A DNA stretch of 63,821 bases, filler included, from Folioceros fuciformis (lineage: Eukaryota): the NCBI GenBank assembly GCA_049999805.1. It is 4 parts of 3 records of this genome, joined end to end, with 100 filler letters (N's around TTAATTAATTAA, not from the genome) between each part and the next. Parts side by side here need not be neighbours in the genome. Positions count along the whole stretch, not along the records: positions 61,010 to 63,821 come from JBNGIO010006158.1; 3 more parts are not named here. One strand, 5' to 3'. The notes beneath the pieces are model-generated. The model did no database searches, was not told where the DNA came from, and was given only the letters and a program-made list of their open reading frames with translations. The position numbers were made by a program, and so were the translations under genes. Positions 61,010-63,821 of this stretch are shown in pieces. Position 1 is the stretch's first letter; every line of letters starts with the position of its first letter.

Positions 61010-62774
61010 ACACTGCCTTCCATATGCCCTGGCTGATTGCAGTCCATACACAACCTCTCAAACTCCCTGTCCCCTTGACAAGTTGCTGAAGGACAACTAT
61101 GACGAATTGCTGAAGGACAACGGCTTGCAAGATGCCCAATTCCTTGGCAGTTGTAGCACAAGATAGCATTCAGCTGTCCAGCCATCCTCACCACTTGGTT
61201 TTGCATTCCTCTGCCCGCAAGACTCCGCAGATTCATAGGGTATTGAGTCTTCGGGTGCCCATAAATTGGGGTTGCCTCCTGAATCTGGTATGTATCTACC
61301 AGGTGCATTCCTTCCTCCTCTTCCTCATAGTCCAGCAACTGCACTGTCATCTCCTCTAGTTCGGCCATCATCTTGTCCATCCTCGCTTCCACCTTGGTCG
61401 CCTTCTCCACTTCCCTCCTCACCTGTTCAGCATCCTTCCTTACACTTGCAAGATCATGTTTTGCCTTCACCAGCTCCTTCCTTCGGGTGTGGCGCTTCCA
61501 CTCCGCTTCGATTCTTGATTTCTTCTTTTTTTTCCTGTGGCTGCTCTCATCACTCGACGAATCTCCCTCCGAGCTATTGCTGCTTTCTTCCTCCGTGGAG
61601 CTATCCGAGGAGTCCTGGAAAGAGGTCTCTTGCTCCGTAGAATTATCATCCGAGGACGAGGAGTACTTCTTCTTGGTTTTCTTGGATTTCTTCTTGTCTC
61701 CCCGGCCCTTCCTCTCGTCCTTCCTTGATTTCTTCCTCTCCTCCGCATTGGACTCTTCGTAGTTCAGGGCAGCCCTGATTGCTCGGTCCAAATCCTTCTC
61801 AGCTTTGAGTCGTACGTGCTTCCCCATCATTGTGCCTAGGCCCCTAGCAAACCAGCGTATTGCCATGAGCTCTGAATGGGGGCCAGCACGGTCCCGTAGG
61901 CTATGGAATCTCTCCACATAGGCCTGCAACGTCTCCCTTGCCTTCCTTCGCAACCTCTCGAGCTTGGACAAGACGTATCCCTCAACATCCACTCCTCGAA
62001 ACCGCTCACAAAAAGTTCTCTTCAATGCTTGGAAGGTGGTTGGAGGTGTGGACGACTTGAGGTACTCCCGCTTGTACCACTTGGCTGCAGCCCCTCGCAG
62101 AACTCCATAGAACAGCTGCACACGCTGTGCATCATCCGCCTCCTGATTCGAGATGGTTAACTGTTCAAAACGCTCAACAAAGTCGTCAGGATCCTCATAA
62201 CCCTTCCTTTCTCCATACAGGGGATATGACTGCTTAGTAGTCACAGCAACTGGAATAGTAGCCATGGCTGGCGCAGTGGTTTGGGCTACCGCAGTAGTCT
62301 GTCCGGCTACCAGCCCAGGTCTGACCTTTATTCCTACAAAGTCTGCCTGAACCGTACTAGGTTCGCGAAACTGACCAAGTTGGCGAGGTTGGCTTGGTTG
62401 GATCACCACACCCTCCAAGGGTCGTTCCCATGAGCATTCAACACCAAATACCTCTTCCTCTACCTCCGCTAATTCTGTCAGCAGTCGCCCTTCCTCGATG
62501 GCTGGGCTCTTTGGCTCTTCCCGACTGGCGGCTGTCCCACGCTCACGTTGTGATCTTCGAGACACTCGCTGGGATTGTTCCACCGCCTGGCGCTGTCGCC
62601 TCTCCACAACTCATTCCAACAGCTCAAACTCTGAATCACTATCCCTCCCCCGCGGCATCCATCAACCACTCTTCTGGCCCCCCTTGGCCTTACTGGTCCT
62701 TCCTCAAGTCCTTGCTCAACTGTTAGTCACTCACCCATGTGTGTAACAACTATTCATTCCCCGGCAACGGCACC
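61010..62774 (-). mobile_element. Ty3/gypsy-type gag with tRNA-Asp-like PBS (truncated by contig end)
   Basis: PBS-like GGTGCCGTTGCCGGGGA (62774-62758). gag-like EDPDDFVERFE, LRGAAAKWY, TFQALKRTFCERF, ETLQAYVERFHSL, FARGL, with zinc knuckles CYNCQGIGHLASRC and CMDCNQPGH. Upstream ATG at 62738 with two in-frame TGA stops. Confidence 0.85.
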
Positions 62775-63821
62775 TTCAATCCACAAAGAGCTAGTGTAGC
62801 GGACGTCCGTCACCCTGCACCTACCAAGCTGTGAGTTCTTGCAATACTTGTGGAAGAAGTGCACACCTGCGTCCATCTGCGAGCACACCTGGAACCACGC
62901 CCGGTCAGACAGAGCCGGCGTTGAAGACTGTCCACAATTTGCTTGCTGAGGAGCGCCGTCACACGCACACAACACTGTGCGATTTTCGGCGGATGCGTGA
63001 GGTTCAGGAGGAGCGCCTCCGCAACAAAGTCGACAACATCAATTGCAGATCCAAACATCTGTCTCATGATTTGAATGCGTTGTTCACAAAGGTTGCGCAC
63101 CTGGAAGGAGTGATCAAGCAGCGGAGCTCACAGTCATTGGAAACTGAGCCAGAAAGAACAGTATTTATTAACCTCCATCAAACCGTGCGAAACTTCTCCT
63201 CAGAGCTTCCTTGCATTTTACCTGTAGGAAGATCCAAGGACGACGTCATCTCAGAAGTGGCTGCATTCTTGACACACATGACACTTGAGGAGAAATCAAG
63301 GAAGATGGTGGTTGAATATGTCGGAACCTTGGGATCCAAGCCCTGCAGGGAGGCCACTGCGCCGGATTCCTGCTAGACCCGGAATGTCACACCCAAGATC
63401 GAGCTTTGAAGCATCACCTTCAAGCTCAAGATCTGGACCTGTCCCCAGAGAGGGTCGGATCTGAAGAAGTACCTGAAACGGTACCAACTTCTGGATTTTA
63501 GGGGATATATGAAGAGTCGCCAATCTCTGGGTTCGAACAGGCACCTGTCCTTCCAGAAAATCCTTTTGACTACTCAGACGAGTACACCCTTCCAGATCCT
63601 GCACCAAGTTCAGTCAGCACTCCTGGCACGCTAGCGTTTGGTGTTATTTTCTCTCAGTCTCCCTCTTCTGATAGTTCGGTCTCCACACCAAGGTCCTCAC
63701 ATAATTCACCTGCCTCTAGTGATTCTTCTTCACTCTATCGTGATCAACTGTTTGATCTAAGTCAAACACAATTTAGTCAGTATACTGTCATGGGTACCAC
63801 TAATCCTCCTGCAAACGTCAT

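Overview
Eukaryotic nuclear DNA from a gene-dense land plant with short (~80-150 nt) GT-AG introns. The compact introns and PLS-PPR type suggest a seed-free plant such as a hornwort, but this is inference only. The window is four contigs joined by artificial N44-TTAATTAATTAA-N44 linkers (26387-26486, 55471-55570, 60910-61009), so adjacency across those points is not biological. Contig 1 carries a MEI2-like RRM gene, an ARAD1-like GT47, a jagunal-like gene, a ferric reductase (FRO), an ectodomain-less receptor-like kinase with a duplicated 3' end, mitoribosomal mS35, a patatin, an RWD protein and a decayed Ty1/copia with a nested LTR. Contig 2 carries a decayed LINE, a 1019-aa PLS-E PPR, an intronless RAD17, a filamin/CCCH/RRM/RS protein, AIR9, a divergent COR413-PM and a partial AUG7. 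Contig 3 is a nearly intact Ty1/copia. Contig 4 is a Ty3/gypsy-type gag with a tRNA-Asp-like PBS. The most interesting observation is the intronless jagunal ORF ending only 81 nt upstream of, and in frame with, the ARAD1-like start codon, a candidate bicistronic or readthrough locus. It is part of a pattern in which several genes that normally have introns are intronless here. All calls come from reading the sequence and recalling family motifs; no database searches were run, and exon coordinates marked ~ are approximate.
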